Virus record (IMG/VR): IMGVR_UViG_3300033075_001021
Source of the DNA: a virus
Taxonomy: Duplodnaviria > Caudoviricetes
Reading direction: 5' to 3' (one strand)
Length of the DNA: 64,000 bases
Program-made: the position numbers and the translations under genes
In this document: positions 30,837 through 41,391 of the stretch, piece after piece
How positions within the stretch are numbered: the first letter of the stretch is position 1
Layout of the letters: every line of letters begins with the position of its first letter
Notes under the pieces: generated by a model
Told to the model about the DNA's origin: nothing
What the model saw: only the letters and a program-made list of their open reading frames with translations
Databases searched by the model: none

Positions 30837-32353
30837 AAATAATTGGTTTTACACAACTACGAAATGAGTTATCAAAGGGTAATTTAGAAAATTGGTTTAA
30901 ACAAATGTCAGTATGTGACTACATATACATATTTGACCAAAATTCAGATGACGGCAGTCTCGAATACTATAAAAAATTTGATAACGTTGTCGTTATTGAG
31001 TCACCAACAAATCGTTTTAATGAAGAGTTGATTTGTAAAAAAGAACTACTAGATAAATTATTATTTGACCATCCAGATACAGACTGGATTTTATGGTTAG
31101 ATGGCGATTTATTATTAGACGGTAGATTACTTGCTAATGATGGTAAAGAACTAAAAGAATTATGTAGATTAGGAAGCGTACACAAGATAGATGGTTATCT
31201 CTTTAATCACTATAATCTATGGAGAAGTGATATCTATTATCGTGTCGATGACCAATATCATTCATTAGATGGCAACTGGTGTCCGTTATGGAGAAATAAC
31301 GGGAACCTTAAATTTGATGCCACCGCTGGGCTACACCTACTTCAATACCCAAAAGGTATGCAAAACCTAAAACACACACCATATGCCGTTGTACACAGAG
31401 GATTTGCTACTGATTATCAAATCATAACGAAATACGAAGTATATAAGGCAAATGGGCAAAATGGTTGGAAACTTGAGAGATTACTGGATGAATATACACT
31501 AACAGTACACGAACTTGAGCGTGAATTACTTCCAGAGTGGTTTGAAGTCACCGATGATGTGAATCCAATAAACAAACGTAGGTTAAGAGAGATTTATGAA
31601 GAACAAAAAGGTATTACAAAACCAATAAATAAAAACCTTGAAATTATTACACTTATTTTCAAGTCAATAGATTATCTTGACCTAATCTATAATGAATTAA
31701 AAAGTGATAAGTGTAAAGTTGATGGTTGGGAAATAACACACAGAATTGTAGCAAATGATGCAACACCTGAGGTAATTGAAAAGCTAAAGACGCTAGATAT
31801 TCCATATACAATTTATAATGACCCAAAACCAGACGATTATTATCTGAACCGTGTATATCGTTGTTGGAACTTTGCTGGTAAAACAAGTAAGGCTGACAAT
31901 ATTTGTTTTGTTAATTCAGATATGGTTTTCAGTAAAGATTGGTTGGGTAATTTATTAAAGCACCATAACGGGATTAATATTCCGTGTTCAAGATTGGTAG
32001 AAAGCGGAAAGCTTAGTAGTGGAACACATGGGGTTAGTTTTGATTGTGGAAGGTCGCCAAAGGATATTGACTATAATCTTTGGGAAACAACTGTTTCACA
32101 GTTAAAAATTGATAAGATTTTTCCACGTGGACTATACATGCCATGTGTTTTTGAAACAAAAACGTTTATTGATTCTGGTATGTACCCAGAAGGAAATATA
32201 TATAGAGGTGGTGTTGGAACACTTGACGGCTTTATTAAAAGTGGTGATGCTTATTATTTCGATGATATTCTTGAAAAGAAATACGGAATGCGGCACATTA
32301 CTGTATTTGATTCCTTAGTGTACCATATTCAAGAAGGAGAAAAAGATTCATAA
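30833..32353 (+). CDS. Two-domain GT2-like glycosyltransferase
   Basis: DQNSDDGS, LWLDGD, second domain FVNSDM. Confidence 0.8.
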   Translation: MKIIGFTQLRNELSKGNLENWFKQMSVCDYIYIFDQNSDDGSLEYYKKFDNVVVIESPTNRFNEELICKKELLDKLLFDHPDTDWILWLDGDLLLDGRLLANDGKELKELCRLGSVHKIDGYLFNHYNLWRSDIYYRVDDQYHSLDGNWCPLWRNNGNLKFDATAGLHLLQYPKGMQNLKHTPYAVVHRGFATDYQIITKYEVYKANGQNGWKLERLLDEYTLTVHELERELLPEWFEVTDDVNPINKRRLREIYEEQKGITKPINKNLEIITLIFKSIDYLDLIYNELKSDKCKVDGWEITHRIVANDATPEVIEKLKTLDIPYTIYNDPKPDDYYLNRVYRCWNFAGKTSKADNICFVNSDMVFSKDWLGNLLKHHNGINIPCSRLVESGKLSSGTHGVSFDCGRSPKDIDYNLWETTVSQLKIDKIFPRGLYMPCVFETKTFIDSGMYPEGNIYRGGVGTLDGFIKSGDAYYFDDILEKKYGMRHITVFDSLVYHIQEGEKDS

Positions 32354-33153
32354 TGATTTCAATTATATTACCATATTATAATAGAAAGCCGCTTTTATTA
32401 AAAACACTACAAAGTTTTGAACATTTTTATCGTAATAAAGATATTGAAGTTATTATTGTAGATGATGGGTCCAGTGAAGAGCATAGACTTGATGAACATC
32501 AATTTAATATAAAGACTAAAATTATTCGAATAGAAAATAAGAATGGTATAAACCCATGCTATCCTTATAATGTTGGTGTAAGACATTCAAGCGGTAACAT
32601 ATTGATTTTGAGTTCGCCAGAAACTTTCCATACTAAGGATATGTTTAAGATAACAAATAATTTCAACGGGTTAAATAACAATACTTATTTATTATTTTCT
32701 GTTTTCTGTATTACACAAAATGATATGATAAATGAAGTTTTAACAGAGCCAGATTTTAATCTAGTAGCAAATAAGATGCGTAATAACATACCAAAATTTT
32801 ATTCATATCTTGGTGAAAACGGATATCCGTTTAATAATAATTTTGGTTCTTGGTATCTACATGGTCAAATAAGACCTAGTGGTTTAAATTTCTTTACAGC
32901 AATTACAAGAGAAAAGTACTACGATATGTCTGGCTTTGATGAAAGATTTAGATTTGGAACTGGATTTGATGATGACGAATTTAAAAATCGTTTAATTGAA
33001 ACTGGAACAAAATTCATTTATTATGATGATGCTGTGGCAATTCATGTTAACCATGAGGTTGTTAACAACTCACAACCAACAACGAATCAAATTGTATATC
33101 AAAATTCAATGATAAACAAATATCAAAAAAATGACCAATGGGGAAGACTTTAA
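32353..33153 (+). CDS. Glycosyltransferase family 2 (paralogue of 29246-30052)
   Basis: ISIILPYYNR, VDDGS, GFDERF..G.GFDDDEF. Confidence 0.88.
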   Translation: MISIILPYYNRKPLLLKTLQSFEHFYRNKDIEVIIVDDGSSEEHRLDEHQFNIKTKIIRIENKNGINPCYPYNVGVRHSSGNILILSSPETFHTKDMFKITNNFNGLNNNTYLLFSVFCITQNDMINEVLTEPDFNLVANKMRNNIPKFYSYLGENGYPFNNNFGSWYLHGQIRPSGLNFFTAITREKYYDMSGFDERFRFGTGFDDDEFKNRLIETGTKFIYYDDAVAIHVNHEVVNNSQPTTNQIVYQNSMINKYQKNDQWGRL

Positions 33154-34190
33154 AAATAGGACAAATAGTATCCTTTGGTGTTGGGGGTGCCGATAAGTGT
33201 GCATTAAATTTAGTTAAGGGGTTATTAGCACTAAATGAAGATATTGAAATAACTGTATTTTATAACATATATTCTCACCCAAGACAGGATGAGCTATTTA
33301 CAAACCCATCTAGGTTTCAAGACTATACGCAGCTACCAATTAAATTAATTGAGTTTAGTGATGTCTCTGAGTTAAACCAGTATGATATTGACATTTTAAA
33401 CACACATAGGTCGGGTGATGATAATTGGTTTTTACCAAATTTCGAATCAACAGACTTTAAATTTAAAGTTGTTGAAACAAACTTTCATGGGTATAATCAA
33501 ACCAAATCTGATTTTAGGATTTATCCATCAGAAGCAATTTTAAACCATTTAAAGCCTTGTTCTATCCCATATACAATAATTCCAAACCCTATATATAAAA
33601 AAATGACGGATGAGAATTTTAAACGTGAATACGGAATCGAAAATAAATTTGTTTATGGGAGAATAGCTAGACCAGATGGTAATATTTATCTCAATACAAA
33701 TTTAGCCGCATATAAACAAATTGAATCAGAAGACACAGTTTTTGTATACGTGGCTCCAAATGCAATGGCTAGGACAGATGCTAAAAATCTTGAAATTAAA
33801 AATATAATTTTTGTGGACCCAACTTCAGATGAATTTACTGTTTCTAAACTTTATAATACATTTGATGTGTTATGTCATAGCAACCTTCTTGGGGAGACAT
33901 TTGGTAATACAATAGCCGAAGCTATGATACACGGTAAACCAGTCATAACACATGTTGGCCGTGTAAGTTGGCCACAAGCACATAGGGAACTTGTTGGTGA
34001 TAAAACAGAGTTATTTATTACTGAGGATATTACAAATAAATATGCGAATTTAATGAGGCAATTAAAAGATGATAAGGCTTATTATAATGAAATCTCAAAC
34101 TATTTAAAAACTAGGGCAGATAATCTCTATAATTATGTAAGTGTATCTAGGAAATATCTTGAACTATATAAAAGATTATTAAATGAGTGA
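33138..34190 (+). CDS. Glycosyltransferase family 4
   Basis: GGAD, GETFGNTIAEAM..GKPVI. Confidence 0.88.
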   Translation: MGKTLKIGQIVSFGVGGADKCALNLVKGLLALNEDIEITVFYNIYSHPRQDELFTNPSRFQDYTQLPIKLIEFSDVSELNQYDIDILNTHRSGDDNWFLPNFESTDFKFKVVETNFHGYNQTKSDFRIYPSEAILNHLKPCSIPYTIIPNPIYKKMTDENFKREYGIENKFVYGRIARPDGNIYLNTNLAAYKQIESEDTVFVYVAPNAMARTDAKNLEIKNIIFVDPTSDEFTVSKLYNTFDVLCHSNLLGETFGNTIAEAMIHGKPVITHVGRVSWPQAHRELVGDKTELFITEDITNKYANLMRQLKDDKAYYNEISNYLKTRADNLYNYVSVSRKYLELYKRLLNE

Positions 34191-34830
34191 ACAATTAGAA
34201 ATATCACAAGCTGAATTTTTACACATTATTGCCAATTTTTTTCCAGATAATGAAATTAAAAATATAATGGAAATCGGGTCATTAAACGGCAATGATTCAC
34301 GTCTGTATAAATCCAGATATCCGAATGCGAATGTATATTGTATCGAAGGCTTAAAAGAAAATTTTGACCTATACATCAAGGATTCTACTGAGCTGATTCC
34401 AATCAATGTTATTGTTACAGATTTTGATGGTACGATTTCATTCCATAAAAAAAATGTTAACGGTATTCATAGCATATATAATCGTGGAAACGCATACGGT
34501 ACGGAAGTACTATCAAATCAAACATGTAAAACATTTAATACTATTTGCAACGAATACAACATACCAAATATTGATGTTATTAAAATAGATGTTGAAGGCG
34601 CAACATTTGAAGTTCTATCTGGTATGAAAGAAAAAATTAAAGACATAAAAATAATGCATATTGAAACCGAGTCAATACCATTTTTTGAAGGGCAAAAGTT
34701 ACACGATGAAGTTGTTAATTATTTAACTGCAAATGGTTTTGAATTAGTTAAAATGACAAGCGTAAACATAAGCGGTGGGTTTCAACATGACTCTATTTGG
34801 ATTAATAAAAATGCACATGGAAAAAATTAA
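34183..34830 (+). CDS. FkbM-family SAM-dependent methyltransferase
   Basis: EIGS..G, IKIDVEGA..EVL.G. Confidence 0.85.
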   Translation: MSEQLEISQAEFLHIIANFFPDNEIKNIMEIGSLNGNDSRLYKSRYPNANVYCIEGLKENFDLYIKDSTELIPINVIVTDFDGTISFHKKNVNGIHSIYNRGNAYGTEVLSNQTCKTFNTICNEYNIPNIDVIKIDVEGATFEVLSGMKEKIKDIKIMHIETESIPFFEGQKLHDEVVNYLTANGFELVKMTSVNISGGFQHDSIWINKNAHGKN

Positions 34831-35740
34831 AAGGGGATGGTTAGTAAACGATACTTTAACCTGTATACCTGGCACAAAAACTTTTTGGCACGACTTATTA
34901 GACTGGATACCAAATCTAGAAGACAAATGCAATGGTCACACATCATTCCCAATTTTAGCATCTAAAATTGAGAGTGAAGGCCAAATCACACCACCAGACT
35001 ATATCATTAGGAATGCGACATACTTTAGAAGAATTAATCTTCCAGTAAAAACAATCAGTTTATTACAAGATTTATCCCCAGATAATCCAATGCAAATTGA
35101 TGTATGCAATAATTCAGACATTGTTGTTTATAACTCACCATATACTAAAGCACATTACGAAGGAAAAATCACATCAAAATCTGTCATGATTCCACTTGGC
35201 GTCGATTTTAATAAATTTACACCACATAATAAAAGCTATGCCGAAGAGCTTGGGGTGTTACCAAATTCAATTCTATTCATCGGCGCCGCAAATAATCACC
35301 CCAAAGGGTTTGATATTATGTTAGATATCATCAACAATACCGACTATAATTTCTGTTTAGTGATGAAGGATGGGTATCAAATAAACAATCCTAGGGTAAA
35401 GGTTTTTAATAGGATTGACCATGATTTATTGGTTAAGGTAATAAACTCATGCGAACAACTTGTTTGTACGTCTAGAGTTGAAACACTTCACCTAGCTGGT
35501 GTGGAAGCAGCTGCTTGTAATTTACCGTTGGTCACCTCCAACGTTGGAATTTATTATAATTCAGAAAATGGAATTTGGGGTCGAAACGTAAAAACGTTTA
35601 ATCCTCAGGATTTTATACAAGAAATCAAATTCGTTAAAGAAAATCTTCACACATTCTCACCAAGACAACACTTCTTAAATCTTGGGTTAGATATTGATAG
35701 CTGCAAAAAAAATTGGTTGAATCTTATTGACAATTTGTAG
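34817..35740 (+). CDS. Glycosyltransferase family 4
   Basis: IPLGVD, KGFD, SRVE......EAAACNLP; start uncertain (34811 or 34817). Confidence 0.85.
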   Translation: MEKIKRGWLVNDTLTCIPGTKTFWHDLLDWIPNLEDKCNGHTSFPILASKIESEGQITPPDYIIRNATYFRRINLPVKTISLLQDLSPDNPMQIDVCNNSDIVVYNSPYTKAHYEGKITSKSVMIPLGVDFNKFTPHNKSYAEELGVLPNSILFIGAANNHPKGFDIMLDIINNTDYNFCLVMKDGYQINNPRVKVFNRIDHDLLVKVINSCEQLVCTSRVETLHLAGVEAAACNLPLVTSNVGIYYNSENGIWGRNVKTFNPQDFIQEIKFVKENLHTFSPRQHFLNLGLDIDSCKKNWLNLIDNL

Positions 35741-35754
35741 GAAATCAATATATT
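35727..35754 (+). promoter_or_regulatory. Internal promoter, possibly yielding leaderless mRNA
   Basis: TTGACA-N16-TATATT with ATG starting 7 nt after the -10 box. Confidence 0.45.
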
Positions 35755-35760
35755 GGACTC

Positions 35761-36333
35761 ATGCAAATTAAAAGAGTCAATCTCCACAGTTGGATACAAC
35801 ACAACACCAATGGTTCAAATACTGTTGTTGAACTTGGTGCAATGTTTTTTGAAAAATTAAAACACGTACATCCAAGCGTTAAAACAAAAGTTGGTATAGA
35901 AATCTGGGAACCATATATTAAGTCTGAAGTAGACCACTTTGGTGTACCTGTAATTAAAGATTGTATTAAAATCCATGGAAGTGTTTTAGATTATAAAGAA
36001 CTTCTATCTGGATATGAACTTGATACAGCAATGATTATTGATGTTTTAGAACACTTTGATAAGGAAATAGCCTTTAAATGGATTGAAGACCTTAAAACAG
36101 ATTTCAATAAAATCATGCTAATGGTTCCAGCGGGTTATTTTCCACAAGAAGTTGACCATTCTGGCTTTAATGCTGATGAATATCAAAAACACAGAAGCTC
36201 ATGGTATCAAGAAGATATTGAAAAACTTGGATTTCAAGAAGTAGTTTTAGACCCAAATTTTCACTCTAATCCAGAACTGGTGGCTAATAAAATGGACACA
36301 GGATGTTGGTTTTGTGTCTGGACTAAAAACTAA
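35761..36333 (+). CDS. Class I SAM-dependent methyltransferase-like protein
   Basis: VVELGA, GIEIW, IDVLEHF, H.S.W. Confidence 0.7.
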   Translation: MQIKRVNLHSWIQHNTNGSNTVVELGAMFFEKLKHVHPSVKTKVGIEIWEPYIKSEVDHFGVPVIKDCIKIHGSVLDYKELLSGYELDTAMIIDVLEHFDKEIAFKWIEDLKTDFNKIMLMVPAGYFPQEVDHSGFNADEYQKHRSSWYQEDIEKLGFQEVVLDPNFHSNPELVANKMDTGCWFCVWTKN

Positions 36334-36336
36334 ATT

Positions 36337-37296
36337 ATGAAGGAAAAAATCTTACTTGTTGGCGGCGCTGGCTATATTGGTGGTTTGACCTGCGACCATT
36401 TAATCAATGCTGGTTTTGATGTAACAGTATATGATAATCTTCTATATGAAAATAGATATTTAAAAGAAATACCATTTGTATATGGTGATATTAGAGATAC
36501 ACAAAAACTATACGAAGTATCAAAGGATTATGACATTATTGTATTAATGGCTGCGCTTGTTGGTGACCCAGCATGTAGTGTTGACCCAATCCTAACAGAA
36601 GAAATCAATTACAAGGCGATTAAAGATTTTTGTGATGTTGTATTGCCAAACAAACACTTGGTGTTTATGTCAACATGTTCCGTATATGGCGCACAAGATG
36701 GCTTATTAAACGAGGATAGCCCAACAAACCCACTTTCATCATATGCCTCAACTAAACTAAAAGCTGAAGAACACGTATTAAAACTAGGTGGAACGATATT
36801 TAGATTGGGTACTGTCTTTGGACTTGGTGATACATATTCAAGATTAAGAATGGACCTTGTAGTCAATGTTTTGACAATGAAAGCGGTTAAAACTGGTACA
36901 ATAACAATCAACGGTGGTGAACAATGGAGGCCAATAATTGCAGTAAAAGATATTGCTGGATATGTAACTGAAGCATGTCAAGAAAAATACGCTGGTGTAT
37001 ATATTTTATCAAAAGAAAATGTTGTAATCAGAGAGCTTGGTGAAAAAATTGCCAAGTTAGTACCTAACACAGAAGTTAAATACACTGAAATTTCTTTTCA
37101 AGATGCAAGAAACTATAAAGTTGACAATACAAAATCATTAAATACATTTAAGTATAAACCAATGGTTAGTGTTGAAGACGAAGTAACAAGAATGGTCAAA
37201 CTATTCCAAGAACATAGAGTAGAGGACCCTGAAGATAAAGTTTATCATAACGGTGCCTTTCTAAAAAATAAAAAAGAACAAAATCAATTAATATGA
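36337..37296 (+). CDS. NAD-dependent nucleotide-sugar epimerase/dehydratase
   Basis: GGAGYIG, STCSVYG, YASTK, GGEQWRP. Confidence 0.9.
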   Translation: MKEKILLVGGAGYIGGLTCDHLINAGFDVTVYDNLLYENRYLKEIPFVYGDIRDTQKLYEVSKDYDIIVLMAALVGDPACSVDPILTEEINYKAIKDFCDVVLPNKHLVFMSTCSVYGAQDGLLNEDSPTNPLSSYASTKLKAEEHVLKLGGTIFRLGTVFGLGDTYSRLRMDLVVNVLTMKAVKTGTITINGGEQWRPIIAVKDIAGYVTEACQEKYAGVYILSKENVVIRELGEKIAKLVPNTEVKYTEISFQDARNYKVDNTKSLNTFKYKPMVSVEDEVTRMVKLFQEHRVEDPEDKVYHNGAFLKNKKEQNQLI

Positions 37297-37715
37297 GTGA
37301 ATTAATTACAACATATATTGGCGGGATTTCAGTTGATGATAGAGGTCAATTACGTTTTGTGAATGATTTTAATTTTGAAAACGTAAAAAGATTTTATCAA
37401 GTAGAAAACCATAGACAAGGCTTTATAAGAGCATGGCATGGCCACAAAAAAGAGGGTAAATACGTTTATGTTGCCGCTGGTACTGCACTTGTAGGTGTCG
37501 TAAATATGGATACTGAACAAGTTAGCAAATTTATTTTAAGTGCAAAGCAACCAAAGGTATTATACATCCCACCAAATCACTATAACGGATTTAAAAACCT
37601 CGAAGAAAATACGTCGGTTATTTTCTTTTCAACATCAACCCTAGAAGAAAGCATGGGTGACGACATAAGAATGCCACACGATAAATGGAATATCTGGGCA
37701 GAAGATTTTAGATAA
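37293..37715 (+). CDS. dTDP-4-dehydrorhamnose 3,5-epimerase-like cupin (RmlC/FdtA family)
   Basis: DDRG, RAWHGH, LYIPP..YNGF. Confidence 0.82.
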   Translation: MSELITTYIGGISVDDRGQLRFVNDFNFENVKRFYQVENHRQGFIRAWHGHKKEGKYVYVAAGTALVGVVNMDTEQVSKFILSAKQPKVLYIPPNHYNGFKNLEENTSVIFFSTSTLEESMGDDIRMPHDKWNIWAEDFR

Positions 37716-37720
37716 ACATT

Positions 37721-38539
37721 ATGAAAATTTACATTTTAGGTGCTAGCGGAATGCTAGGAAAATACGTTTCAAAATACTTAGGGCAAAAATATGCCGTAAT
37801 TGAAGTTAACAGAGACGCCATTGATGCTAGCACAGTAACGAAAGAATCGTTAACAGCAAAATTATTTCACCTTGGCGCTAGAAAGGGTGATGTTATAATA
37901 AATTGTATCGGAACAATTAAACCAAGAGTTGACGAACTTGGTGATACGAATGCCATTATTGTTAATTCAGTATTTCCTAGAATACTATCAAAAGCCTCTA
38001 GAGAACTTGGTTTGAATATGATTCACCCAACAACAGATTGCGTATATTCTGGGTTAAAAGGCCAATATGTCGAGACAGACCAATACGATGTTAGCGATGT
38101 ATACGGAATGTCAAAAGCCATGGGCGAACCATCTGATTGCACAGTAATTAGAACATCCATTATTGGTGAAGAGGTTGGACAAAAACGTTCACTAGTTGAG
38201 TGGGTTAAATCAAACGCAAACGGGGAAGTTTTTGGGTTTACCAACCATTATTGGAATGGTGTAACGTGTTTGCAATTTGCAAAAATTTGCGAAGAAATCA
38301 TCAATAAATTTCTTTACTGGCACGGTACTAGACATTTTCATTCAAATATCGTAAATAAAAAACAACTAGTAGAAATAATTAGTAATGTTTATGGTTTGAA
38401 TATAAAAGTAAATCCAAAAGAAACAACTACAATGTGTGATAGAACACTTGGAACACTTTACAGCATGGGTATATCAATACCAACCCTTGAACAACAAATA
38501 ATCGAAATGAAAGAATTTTCAAGTATTTTATATAGCTAA
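37721..38539 (+). CDS. rmlD: dTDP-4-dehydrorhamnose reductase-like
   Basis: GASGMLG, TDCVYSG, YGMSK..GE, RTSIIG. Confidence 0.85.
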   Translation: MKIYILGASGMLGKYVSKYLGQKYAVIEVNRDAIDASTVTKESLTAKLFHLGARKGDVIINCIGTIKPRVDELGDTNAIIVNSVFPRILSKASRELGLNMIHPTTDCVYSGLKGQYVETDQYDVSDVYGMSKAMGEPSDCTVIRTSIIGEEVGQKRSLVEWVKSNANGEVFGFTNHYWNGVTCLQFAKICEEIINKFLYWHGTRHFHSNIVNKKQLVEIISNVYGLNIKVNPKETTTMCDRTLGTLYSMGISIPTLEQQIIEMKEFSSILYS

Positions 38540-39492
38540 TGGGATTAACTGAATGGTTACGAAATAAGGTGGCGGCATTATCAATTGCATTGTCAAACGT
38601 TGAGAAAAACACATTCTCTCAAGGTAAAGACACTTTTGCTCAAGATACACATCATGTTCAAAGACATCAACAAGGAACACTTGCTGATGCACTTGTACAT
38701 GGTGAAGTCACACAAGAAGTTAAGAATTTACGTTGGAGAACTTATAAAATTCTTAAAGCGTCAAAGGGTCTATCATTGAGTTTTGATAAAACAGATGATG
38801 ATGGTGATGAATGGTATAATGTAAAAAAAGTAGAGCAGACAAGACTTTTAAACAAAGTTGTCATGGATTTATATGACAAATATCCATTAGAATTGGTTGT
38901 TTTAAATGAAGAAACAAAACTGGGGGATATTAATTCAATTACCGAACATTTTAAGGATTATTCAGAACCAATAAAAAATAAAAACGACAAGGGTGAAGTT
39001 GTAAGTGCAACGCATGGTGAAATCTCGGCAAATGAATTTTTTATTTCTAATAAAGGTGAGAAACCAATTCAAATTGGGCGTACAATATTTCCTAAATTTT
39101 ATTTAGAAAGATACACCAAAAAAATGAATGTTAGAAAAATAAACGATACGGAGAAACTATTAGAGTTTTACATTAGCAAATATCCAAACGAATACGATAG
39201 AACAAACAATTTATTTATCAAGCAAGTTGAAAAAGTTATGAATGACAACCCACAAAAAGCTAACTTTTTAGAAATTAATAATGTTGAATTTATTAGCGAA
39301 CAAACATTGGGGTGTGATGATTTTCTTTATTTTAACTATGAAATAAAGAAATTCGATAAAATAATTGAATTTGATGGGCACTACGTAATTAAATTTATTG
39401 CAACCGTTATTAATGACGGTGAAGATGTACTTTTAAAATATGTTGAACCAGAACTTGAAGAAAAATATATTAATAAAGAACGGAAAACTTAA
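38539..39492 (+). CDS. Hypothetical protein
   Basis: 317-aa ORF translationally coupled to rmlD. Confidence 0.7.
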   Translation: MGLTEWLRNKVAALSIALSNVEKNTFSQGKDTFAQDTHHVQRHQQGTLADALVHGEVTQEVKNLRWRTYKILKASKGLSLSFDKTDDDGDEWYNVKKVEQTRLLNKVVMDLYDKYPLELVVLNEETKLGDINSITEHFKDYSEPIKNKNDKGEVVSATHGEISANEFFISNKGEKPIQIGRTIFPKFYLERYTKKMNVRKINDTEKLLEFYISKYPNEYDRTNNLFIKQVEKVMNDNPQKANFLEINNVEFISEQTLGCDDFLYFNYEIKKFDKIIEFDGHYVIKFIATVINDGEDVLLKYVEPELEEKYINKERKT

Positions 39493-39502
39493 CAAGTTTC
39501 CG

Positions 39503-39510
39503 ATATTTAT
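39503..39510 (+). promoter_or_regulatory. Putative late promoter ATATTTAT
   Basis: Upstream of phoH. Confidence 0.5.
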
Positions 39511-39523
39511 ATAAAAAACCTGC

Positions 39524-40390
39524 ATGAATAAAAAATCATCAGAGAAGAAAACGAGAGGAAAAAGAGTAAACACGTTATCAGCTTCATCAGAAAATACTCA
39601 CCAAGTAAATTACGGTATTGATGTATCAACCCTAATTCATTTTTACGACAATTTTAAGTGTAAAAATAAGACTCAAAAAGAATTCTTAAGTCTAATTAAT
39701 AAGAAAGAATTTGTGATTGCTTCTGGGCCAGCTGGTGTAGGTAAATCCTATGTCGCCATTGCAAGAGCCCTAGAATTAATTAAGGACCCATTAACACCAT
39801 ATAAAAAGCTTATTATTTCAAAACCAGCAGTGGAAGCGGATGAACATCATGGTTTCACACCAGGCGACCTTCGTGAAAAAATGGAACCATACGTCTCATC
39901 AACATTAGATATTATTGATGAATTAATTGGTAAAATCAATAGATTAGCTTTAGAAGAGAACGGGTTTTTAATTGTATTACCATTGGCGTTTATCAGGGGT
40001 AAATCTATCAATAATACTGTTTTGGTAATGGAAGAAGCCCAGAATATGACACCAAGGCAAATGAAAACCCTAATGACCCGTATTGGTCATGATAGTAAGT
40101 TTATCATATCTGGTGACTTAGACCAGTCAGATAAATTTAAAAACGTGACAGACAGTGGTTTATATGACGCTATTAAAAGACATAAAAATATTGAAGAAAT
40201 TGGGTTTATTGAGTTTAACGAAGATGAAATTGTAAGAAATCCAATTATTACAAAAATACTCTTGAATTACAAACCGAAACCCGTCGAAGTGCCAACCTCA
40301 ACACAAAAAACCCTTCTAGTTGAGGGTAAAAATCATAAAAAAACCAAAAAAGAAAGTATTTTTCAAAAAATACTAAACTTATTCAGATAA
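39524..40390 (+). CDS. phoH: PhoH-family ATPase
   Basis: GPAGVGKS, GFTPGDL.EK, LAFIRG, EEAQN, GD..QSD, IVRNP. Confidence 0.92.
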   Translation: MNKKSSEKKTRGKRVNTLSASSENTHQVNYGIDVSTLIHFYDNFKCKNKTQKEFLSLINKKEFVIASGPAGVGKSYVAIARALELIKDPLTPYKKLIISKPAVEADEHHGFTPGDLREKMEPYVSSTLDIIDELIGKINRLALEENGFLIVLPLAFIRGKSINNTVLVMEEAQNMTPRQMKTLMTRIGHDSKFIISGDLDQSDKFKNVTDSGLYDAIKRHKNIEEIGFIEFNEDEIVRNPIITKILLNYKPKPVEVPTSTQKTLLVEGKNHKKTKKESIFQKILNLFR

Positions 40391-40394
40391 TTAC

Positions 40395-40422
40395 TTGACT
40401 TATAGTCATTTTTAATTAAAAT
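40395..40422 (+). promoter_or_regulatory. Promoter, possibly yielding leaderless mRNA
   Basis: TTGACT-N16-TAAAAT with ATG starting 7 nt after the -10 box. Confidence 0.45.
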
Positions 40423-40428
40423 TGTTTC

Positions 40429-41031
40429 ATGAGAATAGGAGTTTCAATCAATGAGGTCCTAAGGGACTTTCTTAGCCAATTAACGTACACCTATGACAAG
40501 TACATGGGTGCTTCAAACATCAAGGAAGGTGACATCAAATCTTTTAACCTATTGGAATATTTTCAATTTAAAGATATTGATGAGCTTAATAAATTCATTT
40601 ATTTAGAAGCACCGTTAGAAATATTTGGTCATGCTGACCAAATGTCAGATGGAATCATGATTCACTTTAATAATTTCTTAAGTGATATTAAGGACGATGG
40701 CGAACATCAAATTGAGCTTGTTAGCAAAGAAGCTGATAAAAGCATTCCATCAACTTTTTTCTTTTTGTCTAAAACTGGCTGTAAAGCCGACAAAATTAGA
40801 TTTGTCAATAACGCAATTAAAGAATGGGATGGTGTCGACATTCTAATTACAGCTAATCCAGATGCACTAAAAAATAAACCAAGCGGAAAGATTAGTGTTA
40901 AAATTAAAGCTTCATACAACGAAGATGTAAAAGCTGATTTTGAGCTTGATTCAATTTTGGATTTTATTAAAGACGAATCTTTAAGAAATAAAATCCTAAA
41001 CACCGAAATAACAACATACGAAGAAATTTAA
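40429..41031 (+). CDS. HAD / 5'(3')-deoxyribonucleotidase-like protein, degenerate active site
   Basis: MRIGVSINEVLRD occupies the IGIDxDGVLxD position; C-terminal SYN motif. Confidence 0.5.
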   Translation: MRIGVSINEVLRDFLSQLTYTYDKYMGASNIKEGDIKSFNLLEYFQFKDIDELNKFIYLEAPLEIFGHADQMSDGIMIHFNNFLSDIKDDGEHQIELVSKEADKSIPSTFFFLSKTGCKADKIRFVNNAIKEWDGVDILITANPDALKNKPSGKISVKIKASYNEDVKADFELDSILDFIKDESLRNKILNTEITTYEEI

Positions 41032-41034
41032 ACT

Positions 41035-41388
41035 ATGCTAGAATTTGGAGATGCAATCTTTTACATCGATTTAAAAGCTTTTGATAAAGCAATCACCGTA
41101 GTCAACGGAAAGACAGAATCTGTAACAGACACTGAAGAAAAAACAACCATGGATGAGAATGGTAAATTAAAACTCCTCGAAAAATATTCAAGGACAACAC
41201 CAAGGTCTAAAGAAATTGATGCGACGAAATATGATTTACTTAAAACTCTTTTAGAGTATATTATTGATTACGACGAACTTTCTGACGATACACTAGGGGC
41301 CGATAGAGCATTAGCTCAGACTCCGTTTCCCTTTAAATTAGCATTTAACACTCTATATAACGAAGGTATAATAAAAGAAAAAAAATAA
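41035..41388 (+). CDS. Hypothetical protein
   Basis: Operon ORF. Confidence 0.7.
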   Translation: MLEFGDAIFYIDLKAFDKAITVVNGKTESVTDTEEKTTMDENGKLKLLEKYSRTTPRSKEIDATKYDLLKTLLEYIIDYDELSDDTLGADRALAQTPFPFKLAFNTLYNEGIIKEKK

Positions 41389-41391
41389 GAT

